DNA of 60,293 bases, filler included. It is 5 parts of 5 records of this genome, joined end to end, with 100 filler letters (N's around TTAATTAATTAA, not from the genome) between each part and the next. Parts side by side here need not be neighbours in the genome. Positions count along the whole stretch, not along the records: positions 28,559 to 51,013 come from DRR723986_66968; positions 51,114 to 60,293 come from DRR723986_69917; 3 more parts are not named here. One strand, given 5' to 3'. Position 1 is the stretch's first letter; each line of letters opens with the position of its first letter. Positions 48,820-59,089 of this stretch are shown here, in pieces. Under the pieces are notes generated by a model. The model was not told where the DNA came from, did not search any database, and saw only the letters and a list, made by a program, of their open reading frames with translations. The position numbers and the translations under genes were made by a program.

Positions 48820-50139
48820 TTAGTTGATGGTACCTAATGCTCGCTCTAGATCAAGCTTGTCTTCCAAGACCTGATAGAATGCATTAATGTGGTTGATTTG
48901 GGCGGTTTGGAGGTCGGTTTCAGCCACGACTAGTTCCACGTAAGCTTTGATTCCTTCATCGTATTGCAGCTTGATGATGTCATAAACATTCTCAGCCATC
49001 TCCATATTTTCTCTGATCAGTTGCCATTCATAGACGCTACTGTTATAGTCAGCAAGTGCAGTGGAATATTCAGTCTGAATCTGGTTACTTAGATTTTCAA
49101 TTTCTATTTTTCCACGATCCACCTGCAGTTCTGCAGCTTTTACTTTATGAACTCTTTTACCCCCCTGAAAAATAGGAATAGCAAGATTGACACCTACCGA
49201 AGAAATAGGAAAAGCAGCTCTGTAGAGATCTGAAAAGTTATTATTGAAGTAATTCCAATTGTATCTATAATAAGCAGACAATTCTGGAAGATAATTCCAC
49301 TTTTCATAGCTAGTCTGAATCTCATTTAGTGTTTGCTGAGTCTGCAAAAGCTGATATTCAATCCGATTTTCCAGAACCAAAGGATCCGCGGTATCCTCAC
49401 CGATTTTGCCGGCTGCTCCCTGCACATCAAACTCAATTACAAAGTCTAGACTATCCGGATATCCCATCAGTTGCTTGAGGTAATCATACTTTGCCTCAAA
49501 GGAATTTGCGACTCTATTTCGATCACTTTTCACATTGGTCAAAGCAATCGAAGCACGCTGATAATCCGTCTTGTCTACTAGCCCAGCTTCAAATCTGCTG
49601 TACGCATCAGTATATTGCTTCTCCAGACGATCTAGATTTTGGTCAAGAATTTTTATTTGCTCCTCTGAAAGAAGTATAGAATAAAAAGCCTTACTGACAT
49701 CTACGACCGTGTTGATCTTAGCATTCTCGATGACTTGCTGCAATTGCTGCCGATAGTACTTAGAAGACTTGGAAGCAAAAAGCTGATCCCTATTGAAGAG
49801 AGTCTGGTCAGCCTGAAGTAACACATTGGAATTATACTTTTGTCCGAAAGTAATCAACTGGTCTCCGATGATCTGCTGCTGAAGTTTAATATTATAGGCT
49901 CCTGCTGCAGAGGCTGTGATTTGAGGATACCATTCGGCCAGATTTGATTTGATATCTCTGTCTCCGATTTCCTCATCTATCTGAGCTTGCCGGATAATCG
50001 GACTTTGCACCAGAGCGAATTCAATCACCTGATCCAGAGTCAAAACTCCTCGTGGCACAGTACTTTCTTCCTGACTGTAGGCGGCTTTGGACATGAGTAT
50101 AGCACTCAGTCCCACTAACAGTAAACGTTTCTTAAACAT
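48820..50139 (-). CDS. TolC family outer-membrane efflux protein
   Basis: Signal peptide; OEP repeats (WYPQIT, YLPELS, IPIFQGG). Confidence 0.92.
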   Translation of the reverse strand: MFKKRLLLVGLSAILMSKAAYSQEESTVPRGVLTLDQVIEFALVQSPIIRQAQIDEEIGDRDIKSNLAEWYPQITASAAGAYNIKLQQQIIGDQLITFGQKYNSNVLLQADQTLFNRDQLFASKSSKYYRQQLQQVIENAKINTVVDVSKAFYSILLSEEQIKILDQNLDRLEKQYTDAYSRFEAGLVDKTDYQRASIALTNVKSDRNRVANSFEAKYDYLKQLMGYPDSLDFVIEFDVQGAAGKIGEDTADPLVLENRIEYQLLQTQQTLNEIQTSYEKWNYLPELSAYYRYNWNYFNNNFSDLYRAAFPISSVGVNLAIPIFQGGKRVHKVKAAELQVDRGKIEIENLSNQIQTEYSTALADYNSSVYEWQLIRENMEMAENVYDIIKLQYDEGIKAYVELVVAETDLQTAQINHINAFYQVLEDKLDLERALGTIN

Positions 50140-50182
50140 GCAATCAATAATTAGTTGGTAAGAAATTAAAAAGGTTATAGGG

Positions 50183-50761
50183 TTAGTCAGCTTTTATCCC
50201 AGCCCAAATGAGATGAGATATTTCTTCTAGATTCACATTAGTTCTAGCAAGTTTTGTTTTGAAATTCTTTTTGATCCGTACCGTCGAGGCGATATTGGTA
50301 TTGACCAAAATGGATAGAACCACCGGATTAGTTACCCGTATCGCTCCCTTATCCATACCTGACTGAAAAAACTTATGAGCCCATTCATGCCATATGTTTG
50401 GTTTATTTTGGATCTCCTCCGAATTAAAAGGTGAATTCAAAAACTGGTCATAAAACCCATGAATTGCAGGGTACTTCTCATAGAATTCAGTGAAATTTCG
50501 CCAGTAATCGAAAAATCTATTTTCAAATTCCAAGGAGGCATCATCTCTTTCCGATATGTAGTTCATGATTTTTTGAGCCACATGTTCATAAATACCTACG
50601 ATCAAATCCTCCTTATTTTCAAAATAAGTATAGATGGTTCCAGCAGCTACACCTGCGTTTTTTGCAACCTGACTTACTGGGCAGCCATGAAATCCATTTT
50701 CATACACCAATTCCAGAGCGCTTTCAATAATGCTTTGCTTCTTGTCTATTAAGTTCTCCAT
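50183..50761 (-). CDS. TetR/AcrR family regulator
   Basis: GFHGCPVSQVAKNAGVAAGTIYTYFENKEDL HTH. Confidence 0.94.
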   Translation of the reverse strand: MENLIDKKQSIIESALELVYENGFHGCPVSQVAKNAGVAAGTIYTYFENKEDLIVGIYEHVAQKIMNYISERDDASLEFENRFFDYWRNFTEFYEKYPAIHGFYDQFLNSPFNSEEIQNKPNIWHEWAHKFFQSGMDKGAIRVTNPVVLSILVNTNIASTVRIKKNFKTKLARTNVNLEEISHLIWAGIKAD

Positions 50762-50768
50762 AAATAAC

Positions 50769-50786
50769 TGAATGAACGTTCAATCA
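50769..50786. promoter_or_regulatory. TetR operator candidate
   Basis: Palindrome TGAATGAACGTTCAATCA immediately upstream of the tetR start. Confidence 0.65.
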
Positions 50787-50983
50787 TTCTAAGCTGGCAT
50801 TAGTTCCAGTATTTGAAAAAAATTCTTCAGAAATTTTAGGAGAGAAAAAATCCTGCACAGAATTGAAAAATAAAACAGGTGAAAATGAATGGGTTCTGTG
50901 AAATCAAACTCCATCCATACATTTAAACCTCCATTTTAATATTATTTCAAAGTTAGAATCACTAACATTGCATTCCAATTGAA

Positions 50984-51013
50984 GCGGATGTGGCGAAATT
51001 GGTAGACGCACTA
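50984..51013 (+). tRNA. tRNA-Leu 5' fragment (truncated by contig end)
   Basis: GCGGATGTGGCGAAATTGGTAGACGCACTA matches a tRNA-Leu acceptor stem and D-arm; anticodon not visible. Confidence 0.8.
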
Positions 51014-51113
51014 NNNNNNNNNNNNNNNNNNNNNNNNNNNNNNNNNNNNNNNNNNNNTTAATTAATTAANNNNNNNNNNNNNNNNNNNNNNNNNNNNNNN
51101 NNNNNNNNNNNNN
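51014..51113. other. Artificial contig spacer
   Basis: N-run with TTAATTAATTAA. Confidence 0.98.
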
Positions 51114-51817
51114 TCGCTAAATTGGTTCGAAATAGAGCAAAAGAAATTGCCATGAAGGAAAAGTTCACGGTAAAAATATCACCTCAGCAATTACTAGATA
51201 TTTTAGGGCCTTCGCATTCAAAAGCTAAATATATTGGGAATGAATTTGCAGGAGTTGTTACAGGTTTAGCTTGGACTTCAATTGGTGGTGACATCTTAAA
51301 CATTGAGACTAGTTTAACCAAAGGGAAAGGTAAATTGACTTTGACCGGTAGCTTGGGAGACGTTATGAAAGAGTCGGCTGTACTTGCTCATCAATATTTA
51401 AAAGCAAATGCTGAAGAATTTGGTTTAAAACAAGAATTGTTTGATCGTTATGATGTGCACTTGCACGTGCCTGAAGGAGCCACTCCTAAAGACGGTCCGT
51501 CAGCCGGAATCACAATGTTAACAGCTATGGCTTCTGCCTTTACTCAACGAAAAGTAAAGTCAAATTTGGCCATGACCGGCGAAATCACGCTAAGAGGTGC
51601 GGTATTGCCAGTTGGTGGAATAAAAGAGAAAATTCTTGCAGCAAAACGAGCAAATATTACCGAGATTATTTTGTGTTATAAAAATGAAAAAGACATCCTA
51701 GATATTAATGAAAGATATTTGAAAGGATTGAAATTTCATTATGTTAAAACAATGGATGAAGTTGTAAAAATTGCACTGCTTAAGCAAAGGGTGAAGAATC
51801 CGAAGTCTATTAAGTAG
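51114..51817 (+). CDS. lon: Lon protease, C-terminal proteolytic domain (partial)
   Basis: [34 protein letters not shown]. Confidence 0.95.
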
Positions 51818-51900
51818 ACCTGTATAGGATTAATCAATAATTACTGGACTGGTGTTTGGTTTTTCAATAAATTGCATTGAAATGAAAAAAACCAAAACAT

Positions 51901-52809
51901 ATGAAAGCAGTAATTCTATTTACTCTGATTGCATTTACTCAATGCATTCACGGCCAATATTGGACACAATACTTTGACGGGAATGACACCATTCAAAGTC
52001 AGTCTATTCTTATACAATTAGACACTTCTGTTAGTAATATTTGGCAAGTTGGACCACCTCAAAAAAATATTTTTGATGACGCCTACTCGGGAAGCAATGT
52101 TCTTGTCACTGATACGATAAATTCTCTACCAGACTCAAACTATTCTTATTTTGAATTCACTTATGATCACCACGTATTATGGGGGATATTAGCCATTCAA
52201 TGGGCACAAAAAATAGACTTAGATTCGAGTAAAGAAATTGGCAAAATCGAATATTCTTTAGACACAGGTAATACATGGATTAATGTTTTTGGCGACCCTA
52301 TGGTGTATAATTTCTATGGATATCAATCATCAAATGTAGCGAATCATCATATTAGCGGAAATCAAGGATTTTCGGGTACCGACTCTTCTTGGAGAGACAT
52401 TTGGTTATGTTTTGATGGATCATATTTTCAAACGCAAGACACAGTAACTTTTCGTTTTTCTATAGAAACTGATTCTATTACTCACGGCTCTGAAGGTTGG
52501 ATGATTGACAACATGTCCATTCATGAAACTTGGTTTCATACACTAATCGAAAACTCTAAAGAATTCTCATTTAAAGCCTTTCCTACTACAACGTCTGGGC
52601 CGATAAAAGTGGTCTGTTTAAAGAATGAAGATCCGCCGACAATTAAAAGTGTTGAATTGTACAGCCTCGAAGGAAAACTTGTCGCACAATTCAGGCCTGA
52701 ATCAAATGACTTTGACCTTGACCTTAGTCCATACTTTGCTGGGCACTATAAATTAAAGATTGTAACAGATCAGGGATTTGACCTGTGTGATATCATCATT
52801 CAACATTAG
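51901..52809 (+). CDS. Secreted protein with T9SS C-terminal sorting domain
   Basis: Signal peptide; WQVGPPQK; EGWMIDN jelly-roll/MAM-like motif; CTD-like AFPT...LEGKLV...GHYKLKI. Confidence 0.75.
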   Translation: MKAVILFTLIAFTQCIHGQYWTQYFDGNDTIQSQSILIQLDTSVSNIWQVGPPQKNIFDDAYSGSNVLVTDTINSLPDSNYSYFEFTYDHHVLWGILAIQWAQKIDLDSSKEIGKIEYSLDTGNTWINVFGDPMVYNFYGYQSSNVANHHISGNQGFSGTDSSWRDIWLCFDGSYFQTQDTVTFRFSIETDSITHGSEGWMIDNMSIHETWFHTLIENSKEFSFKAFPTTTSGPIKVVCLKNEDPPTIKSVELYSLEGKLVAQFRPESNDFDLDLSPYFAGHYKLKIVTDQGFDLCDIIIQH

Positions 52810-53870
52810 TGAAAAAAAAGCTGTTATTCGTTCTAATCGGAACCGGTTGTTTCTCATTTTATCAAATCAGAAACAATCTCGAACCTTATGAATTCTCTAT
52901 TCCAAAAGGTTTCACCCCAATGCCGACTAACAACCAAAATCCTGTGTCAGTTGAAGGCGCAGACTTAGGACGTCATTTATTCTATGACCCGATATTATCA
53001 AGAGACAGTACGATTTCTTGTGCGAGTTGTCACAAACAAGAATTCGCCTTTAGTGACGGCGGAAATCAATTCAGCCTTGGCGTAAACGGAAAAAAAACAC
53101 CGAGAAACACACCTGGTTTATTCAATCTAGCTTGGAACGAAAAATTGTTCTATGATGGCCGCGCCTCTAGTATTGAAGACCAAGTATTTTTTCCGGTGCG
53201 TGATCACAGTGAAATGGATTTAGATTGGGAAACGGCATCAACACGCATTAGTAACTCCAGTTTCTATCGAGAAAAATTTCTCAACGTTTTTAAAACCACA
53301 AGTATCGATAGCGTGTTGATTTCAATGGCAATAGGGCAGTTTGAGAGAACATTGATTTCGTCAAACAGCAAGATAGATCGTGTTGTTCTAGGCTTAGATA
53401 AATTAACCTCCGAAGAAATACGAGGCTATGAAATTATGAATGATCAAACACTAGGCAATTGTTTACATTGTCACACAACTGATGCTAATTTGATGGGCAC
53501 AACTTTTCAGTTCAGTAACAATGGTCTCGATTCTGCCAAGTCAATTGATGATTTTAAGGATCCCGGATTAGGTCAAATAACAGGGAAAAATGAGGACTTC
53601 GGCAAATTCAAAATACCCAGTATTAGAAATATTGCTCTAACGGCTCCTTATATGCATGATGGAAGATTCGAGACCTTAACAGAAGTAATCGATTTTTACT
53701 CGGAAGGAATGAATAATTGTGTCAATGTTGATAGCAGAATGAAAGGTATAAATGAAGGAGGAGTTCATCTTAGCGATCAAGATAAAATTGCTTTGCTCGC
53801 ATTTCTAAACTGCTTTACTGATAGCACTTTCATTACTAACGAAGAATTCTCTAATCCATTTAAAGAATAA
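52809..53870 (+). CDS. Di-haem cytochrome c peroxidase (MauG/MbnH-like)
   Basis: CASCH and CLHCH haem motifs; FKIPSIRNIALTAPYMHDGRF. Confidence 0.92.
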   Translation: MKKKLLFVLIGTGCFSFYQIRNNLEPYEFSIPKGFTPMPTNNQNPVSVEGADLGRHLFYDPILSRDSTISCASCHKQEFAFSDGGNQFSLGVNGKKTPRNTPGLFNLAWNEKLFYDGRASSIEDQVFFPVRDHSEMDLDWETASTRISNSSFYREKFLNVFKTTSIDSVLISMAIGQFERTLISSNSKIDRVVLGLDKLTSEEIRGYEIMNDQTLGNCLHCHTTDANLMGTTFQFSNNGLDSAKSIDDFKDPGLGQITGKNEDFGKFKIPSIRNIALTAPYMHDGRFETLTEVIDFYSEGMNNCVNVDSRMKGINEGGVHLSDQDKIALLAFLNCFTDSTFITNEEFSNPFKE

Positions 53871-53908
53871 ATTCTCTTGATGAAAAGTAAACTTTTTTAT
53901 CTTTGAAT

Positions 53909-54319
53909 ATGGCAAAAACCCTTCTTTACCGCTTATTCAAAGTTGGAAAACTTCCGGATGCTCTTGCCCAAAAAATCAAGAAAGAAGAAGTTATTGAGCG
54001 ACAAGAAGGAATGCCTGCAATCATCCATTACCGGGACTTTGAAGCAGATGGTAAAAAGTTCAAAAACAAATTGGTGAAGGCCGTTGGTGCTTTTTGTTTA
54101 ACCAACCAAGGAATTTACGTGAGTATTTTCAGAACTGTAGCCATTCAGTTTTCATGGCCCGACCCACGGCTAAAACAGATTCATTTTGACGTTAAAAAGA
54201 AGCACATTTCAATGAGTTTCGAGGCATCAATTTTTGATCCAGCGGCAAAGGGGAAAGTGGATTACCAATTTAAATGTAAAAACCCAGAAGCTGTTCTGGC
54301 ACTAATAAATTCAAAATGA
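53909..54319 (+). CDS. Hypothetical protein
   Basis: ORF coupled to the downstream ferredoxin-like gene. Confidence 0.65.
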   Translation: MAKTLLYRLFKVGKLPDALAQKIKKEEVIERQEGMPAIIHYRDFEADGKKFKNKLVKAVGAFCLTNQGIYVSIFRTVAIQFSWPDPRLKQIHFDVKKKHISMSFEASIFDPAAKGKVDYQFKCKNPEAVLALINSK

Positions 54320-54519
54320 AAGAGTATCAAAAAGATGACATCAAAATAGTTTGGAATCAAGAACTGTGCAAGCATGCTGCTGAATGCGTGAAAGGATCTC
54401 CAGGGGTTTTTAAACCAAAAGATCGTCCATGGATTAATCCGGAAGGAGCCAGCAAAGAAGAAATCATAGCAACGGTTGCTAAGTGCCCATCTGGAGCATT
54501 ATCAATAAAAAAGGACTAG
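54316..54519 (+). CDS. Divergent (4Fe-4S)-binding protein (Fer4_19/YjdI-like)
   Basis: CKHAAECV..P.VF....RPWI...CPSGAL. Confidence 0.88.
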   Translation: MKEYQKDDIKIVWNQELCKHAAECVKGSPGVFKPKDRPWINPEGASKEEIIATVAKCPSGALSIKKD

Positions 54520-54522
54520 TTA

Positions 54523-55299
54523 ATGGCCTTTAAAGAAAAACTGAAGCGGTTCAGAGCAAATTTGCTTGGTATTGATCCGGGCTTAATGTCGGTAAAATAT
54601 AAATTAAGCTATAAGCCAAAGCCGGAAACTATTGAGCACCTTATTAACGAACACGCCAAAGGCAAAAAACCTTTTTATTTTTTACAAATTGGTGGAAATG
54701 ACGGATTCATCAAGGACCCTATTTTTAAATTCGTAAAGAAATATCCCTGGAAGGGCATTATCGTAGAGCCTCAAAAGGAGGTGTTCAATGGTAATCTCAA
54801 AAAAACTTATCGTTTTGAAAAAAAGGTGATTTTAGAAAATCTCGCCATTGCAGATAAAACTGGTCCTAAAAAGTTATGGAAAATAGCATTAAGCGACTCG
54901 CGGTGGGCAACAGGTTTGGCCTCATTTAATAGAGACACTTTGGTTTATCAAATAGAACGAAATTATGTGAGTGATCGCTTAAAACGAGAAGGAATAGCCA
55001 TACCTGATAAAGTCGAGGACTTTTTAACTTATGAAGAAGTGAACTGCACCACGATTTCAGATTTATTAAAAAAACATCAATTTGAAAAGTTGGATCTGCT
55101 TCAAATAGATACTGAAGGATATGATTTCGAAATCATTAAAACAATCGATTTTTCTGAACTCAAACCTTCAATGATCTCTTTTGAGTCGGAGCATCTTTCT
55201 GATTCAGATTACAAGGCATGTAAAGATTTACTTTCTTCACATGGCTATCAAATCAAACGAATCGACCGCGATTCAGTGGCCTGGTTAACCAAGAATTAA
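54523..55299 (+). CDS. FkbM family methyltransferase
   Basis: QIGGNDG; IVEPQ; DLLQIDTEGYD. Confidence 0.9.
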   Translation: MAFKEKLKRFRANLLGIDPGLMSVKYKLSYKPKPETIEHLINEHAKGKKPFYFLQIGGNDGFIKDPIFKFVKKYPWKGIIVEPQKEVFNGNLKKTYRFEKKVILENLAIADKTGPKKLWKIALSDSRWATGLASFNRDTLVYQIERNYVSDRLKREGIAIPDKVEDFLTYEEVNCTTISDLLKKHQFEKLDLLQIDTEGYDFEIIKTIDFSELKPSMISFESEHLSDSDYKACKDLLSSHGYQIKRIDRDSVAWLTKN

Positions 55300-55313
55300 G
55301 GGAAATTAACCAA

Positions 55314-55568
55314 CTACTCACCTACTTTGATAACGACCCCATCTTCAAATTCAATTTTTCCTTGGCCATCATATTCCCAGGTCCCTGTTGAATGAATCTC
55401 TTCAATACCTCCTGAAGTAAATGAATTTGAACTTTCTGATTTGTGATTTGGTGTTCCCATTACCTTTTCAACTTCTGGCTCTGTCATTCCTACTTTCACA
55501 TCAGAAAGTGATGGTCCACAGCTCAATAAAGTCAAGCACAGACCTACTAATACTATAAGATTTTTCAT
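55314..55568 (-). CDS. Small BamE/SmpA-like lipoprotein
   Basis: Lipobox LLSC; VKVGMTEPEVEKVMGTP; WEY; FEDGVV. Confidence 0.7.
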   Translation of the reverse strand: MKNLIVLVGLCLTLLSCGPSLSDVKVGMTEPEVEKVMGTPNHKSESSNSFTSGGIEEIHSTGTWEYDGQGKIEFEDGVVIKVGE

Positions 55569-55584
55569 AAATTGAAGATAAAAT

Positions 55585-55968
55585 TTATTTTGACTTAAGG
55601 GCTGTTACCTCAATTTCAATTTTCATCTTTTCATCAGCCAATCCAGCTTCTAGCATAGTTGCAGCTGGTTTAATTTCACCAAAATATTTTCTTAGGACTG
55701 GCCAACAAGTTTCAAAATCAGCTTTATTGGGCAAAATATAGGTCACCCTTACAATATCTTGCATTTGCGCATCTGCTTTTTGCAGAGCATCTTTGATATT
55801 CAACAAACACTGCTCAGTTTGTTCAGCAGCATTTTCTGAAATGCTCATATCTCTATAATCATACCCAGTAGTGCCAGCTACAAACACCCAATCTCCTTGA
55901 ACAACAGCCCTCGAATAACCAATTTTTTCTTCAAAAGAAGATCCTGATGAGATAAGTTTTCTAGCCAT
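55585..55968 (-). CDS. RidA/YjgF family protein
   Basis: IGYSRAV; VAGTTG; PAATM; IEIEVTA. Confidence 0.92.
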   Translation of the reverse strand: MARKLISSGSSFEEKIGYSRAVVQGDWVFVAGTTGYDYRDMSISENAAEQTEQCLLNIKDALQKADAQMQDIVRVTYILPNKADFETCWPVLRKYFGEIKPAATMLEAGLADEKMKIEIEVTALKSK

Positions 55969-55974
55969 AAATAT

Positions 55975-56394
55975 TTACCATTGAGACTCATGTTTTACAC
56001 TAATTTCCTTTTGGTCATGCTCCCCATAAAGCGCAATTTCAAATACAAAATTACCGTTAATACGCTCAGGTGTTTGTAAATCATCATAGTTAAATTCTCC
56101 TGATGGACTTGGGTACAGAGTCGTAAAATATTGCTTATTCCATTTTCGGATTTTTAAGGTGTAGTCTTGTTTTCTGTCGATCAAATCCTGGTTCAATAAC
56201 CTAAACTTTAAATCATAAAAATAAAATGAACCTACGATTTGAGTAGAATCAATTCCTACCTCTTCATACCAAATTGGTCCATCATAAATAGGATCAAAAA
56301 CATTGGTTCTAAATTCTGGAGGATCCACAGATTTTAAACATGATGTCATGACACCAAGAAAAATAAATAGGTATGAAATTTTTAAATGGTGCAT
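55975..56394 (-). CDS. Hypothetical lipoprotein (paralogue of 57866..58279)
   Basis: MTSCLKS..PEFRTNVFDPIYDG..W. Confidence 0.7.
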   Translation of the reverse strand: MHHLKISYLFIFLGVMTSCLKSVDPPEFRTNVFDPIYDGPIWYEEVGIDSTQIVGSFYFYDLKFRLLNQDLIDRKQDYTLKIRKWNKQYFTTLYPSPSGEFNYDDLQTPERINGNFVFEIALYGEHDQKEISVKHESQW

Positions 56395-57098
56395 GTTAAA
56401 TTGAAAGAGTTAAACGAAACATTGAAATTAAGCGAATATTCTTTGCCAGAAAAAGGGCTCATATAATACTTTTTAAGATCTGGCTTGACGTTGTTTTTGT
56501 TGAATAACCGATAGGTGAAAACGGTGATAACAGCTGTAGAAATTGTCGCAGTTAATAAGGAATAGAACAGAGTTCTAGAATTATTATAAAGTCTTTTCTT
56601 ATCAGCAAAAGTTGATGAATAACCATTAAGAAAAACACTTGAGCTACTTGATTCGTATTGGTTAGAATATGCCAGCAAATCGTCATACTGATCCTTCGCT
56701 CTCCCATATTGAATGTAACTTCCAACGCCAAGGCCAACACCTATCATGATAGGCAAAACTTTGGCTACAAACCTTTTAGACTTGAAGTATTGTAACTCAT
56801 TTCTTGTATTTACAAAATTTGTATCGACCGCCACCACATAGTCAAATCGGGGTAAAAAATCTTTTCTGATTAAAACTGTATCAACAATGGGCCTAATTCC
56901 AGGACTCCAAATCTCAACAAGGTGCTCCCCGTAATTTAAGTGAAATGAGTTGGTTGTGTACACAGAATCTTTATCAATTCTAATTTCGTAGCTACCGTTA
57001 TTCTGAAAATTAAATGAAGCGGTCTGACTACGGGAGTTTAAAGGCACATTGAATGCGATTATAATTATTAGAAGACTTTTTATTAGCGTCCATCTCAT
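56382..57098 (-). CDS. PEGA-like domain membrane protein (paralogue of 57165..57869)
   Basis: Within ORF 56382..57134; NGSYEIRI...GEHLVEIWSP; two C-terminal hydrophobic helices. Confidence 0.65.
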   Translation of the reverse strand: MRWTLIKSLLIIIIAFNVPLNSRSQTASFNFQNNGSYEIRIDKDSVYTTNSFHLNYGEHLVEIWSPGIRPIVDTVLIRKDFLPRFDYVVAVDTNFVNTRNELQYFKSKRFVAKVLPIMIGVGLGVGSYIQYGRAKDQYDDLLAYSNQYESSSSSVFLNGYSSTFADKKRLYNNSRTLFYSLLTATISTAVITVFTYRLFNKNNVKPDLKKYYMSPFSGKEYSLNFNVSFNSFNLTCTI

Positions 57099-57164
57099 AA
57101 TCAAATATAAGACTCTATTCGAATTAATGCTCACCAGAATTTACAGTTTTATTATCTTAGCCTT

Positions 57165-57869
57165 ATGTTTAACCCAAAACTTTTGCTGATAAGTCTATGC
57201 CTTTTACTCAGCTATAATAGTCTCTCTCAGAAAACTGGAATCATTCGTTTTGCTATAGAAGTTGATAATGGTTACTTTGAAATTTTTCTAAATGACACCT
57301 TGTTAGAAAAAAGATTCAAAGATACGCTTCCTGTAGGTCATTATGAAGGAAAAGTATGGTCACCCACTTATAAAGTAAAGGAGATATCTTTTGATATCAT
57401 TGAAGGTGATAACGGAACATTCTATACAAAATTAGAGCACAATGATGCTTACTATGAAGACATTAAGGCCTCTATTTTATATGACAAGAAAAGAAATTTG
57501 TACAAGAGGCTACCCGTTTTTTTAATTGTATCCGGACTAATAACAAGTGGAGTCTGTCTTCCGTTTTTAAGAAAGAGTAAAAACGTATTGGACAATCGCA
57601 TTAATGTATACCCAGCTTATTACTCTCCATGGGAATTGAGAAGTTTTAAAACTTCTTTTTTACAATACGAAAAACAATATAATAAACGGAGATTTGTATT
57701 CTATTCAGGTATTGGGGTGGCCTCCACAGCTTTCCTCGCTTCTTTTTTTACATTCAAATATTTCAACAACAACTTCTCCTACTCTAGACTCAAGGAAACA
57801 AGTCCATGGGCAGATAAATTTAGTTTTTATTTTACCGGAAATACAACGGGATTAATCATTAACATATGA
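57165..57869 (+). CDS. PEGA-like domain membrane protein
   Basis: NGYFEIFL...GHYEGKVWSP; two hydrophobic helices. Confidence 0.65.
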   Translation: MFNPKLLLISLCLLLSYNSLSQKTGIIRFAIEVDNGYFEIFLNDTLLEKRFKDTLPVGHYEGKVWSPTYKVKEISFDIIEGDNGTFYTKLEHNDAYYEDIKASILYDKKRNLYKRLPVFLIVSGLITSGVCLPFLRKSKNVLDNRINVYPAYYSPWELRSFKTSFLQYEKQYNKRRFVFYSGIGVASTAFLASFFTFKYFNNNFSYSRLKETSPWADKFSFYFTGNTTGLIINI

Positions 57870-58279
57870 AACAACTTTTTATTTTTAGTCTCTTCATTCT
57901 CGGTATTTCATCTTGTTTCAAGAAGTCGAATGAAATTCCAAATTTTACAACTAATATTTTTGATGAAAACTATTCCGGAGATAAATGGTTTAATTTTGAT
58001 GGATATCAAAAGCTTATGTTAATAGACTCAACTCAGTTCTTGAGGTTTTACTTTAGCATAAAAGAAGAATCTATGCCCACACAAGTTAGCGGATTGAATC
58101 CAGGTGTAGCAACTGTTAGTGTAACAAACAATGGAAATGCTGTTGCTCGTAGCCCTTTCAACATTTACTATGATATTTTTAATTTGAATATTGGTCAATC
58201 TCATTGTTTCAGCATTGGAATAAATGATGTAGATGCGGTTATCAACGAATTTGACGAATGCGTTAGCTATGACGGCTAA
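57866..58279 (+). CDS. Hypothetical lipoprotein
   Basis: ISSCFKK..PNFTTNIFDENYSG..W. Confidence 0.7.
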   Translation: MKQLFIFSLFILGISSCFKKSNEIPNFTTNIFDENYSGDKWFNFDGYQKLMLIDSTQFLRFYFSIKEESMPTQVSGLNPGVATVSVTNNGNAVARSPFNIYYDIFNLNIGQSHCFSIGINDVDAVINEFDECVSYDG

Positions 58280-58287
58280 TCTAATAG

Positions 58288-59019
58288 CTAGCCCTTATGA
58301 ACAAAAATGAAATTCTGCTTGTTTTTAATTTCCGGATTGAACTCGATTAATCCGCTATTTGAATTCACGAAAGCCTTATACCCTAAAGATTTTAGAAAGT
58401 CAAAACACAAATCTCGATTTTCATTTTCCCATAACTCTAAATAGACTACTGGATGATCTTTTTCTAGCAATTTTATAGCTCCCTTTAGAGCGAAAATTTC
58501 GTAATTCTCAATATCCATCTTAATACCTGCAACTGTTCTTCCTTCACAGACTTTATCTAATGTATCTGACGAAATCTTGAATTTCTCACCTTCATTCCAT
58601 TCAGTAATTGAATCGTGAACTACATGAGCAAGTCCTTGCATTTTAACTTTTCCGTTAAGTGGCAATACCATCTCAATTTCTTGATTGTCTTTATCGCCTA
58701 CAGCTGTTGGAACTATCTCAACATTATCTAATTGAAAATGCTGTTTCACTTTCATTAAAATAGAGAGGTTTGAAGGCATAGGTTCAATTGCTAAAACCTG
58801 ACTTTTAGGAAAAGTTTTACTTAAATGGTAAGACATTACACCTATATTTGCCCCAACATCAAGTAAATCTCCTTCTCCCTTCACAGCTCCCATGAATGCA
58901 AAAAAATCGCCTTCCTTCTTATCAGTTTTCAGGGTTTTTATTTTTCTTTTAGCAAATACGAAAAGATAACGTTGATACCCCAGCAGTTTCTGCAATATGT
59001 ATTTAATTGCGTTTTTCAT
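58288..59019 (-). CDS. FkbM family methyltransferase
   Basis: LDVGANIG; AIEP; IKMDIENYE..ALKGA. Confidence 0.9.
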   Translation of the reverse strand: MKNAIKYILQKLLGYQRYLFVFAKRKIKTLKTDKKEGDFFAFMGAVKGEGDLLDVGANIGVMSYHLSKTFPKSQVLAIEPMPSNLSILMKVKQHFQLDNVEIVPTAVGDKDNQEIEMVLPLNGKVKMQGLAHVVHDSITEWNEGEKFKISSDTLDKVCEGRTVAGIKMDIENYEIFALKGAIKLLEKDHPVVYLELWENENRDLCFDFLKSLGYKAFVNSNSGLIEFNPEIKNKQNFIFVHKG

Positions 59020-59089
59020 TAGGCCCGTAAAAATACACATAAGATTTGAGCAATGAGATTCGTTATGGATAAAGATTTATCTTTACACC

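Noticed and set aside
50984-51013. tRNA as integration site for the contig 4 accessory region
   Set aside because: Only the 5' end is present, it points away from the region, and no duplicated tRNA 3' end was seen.
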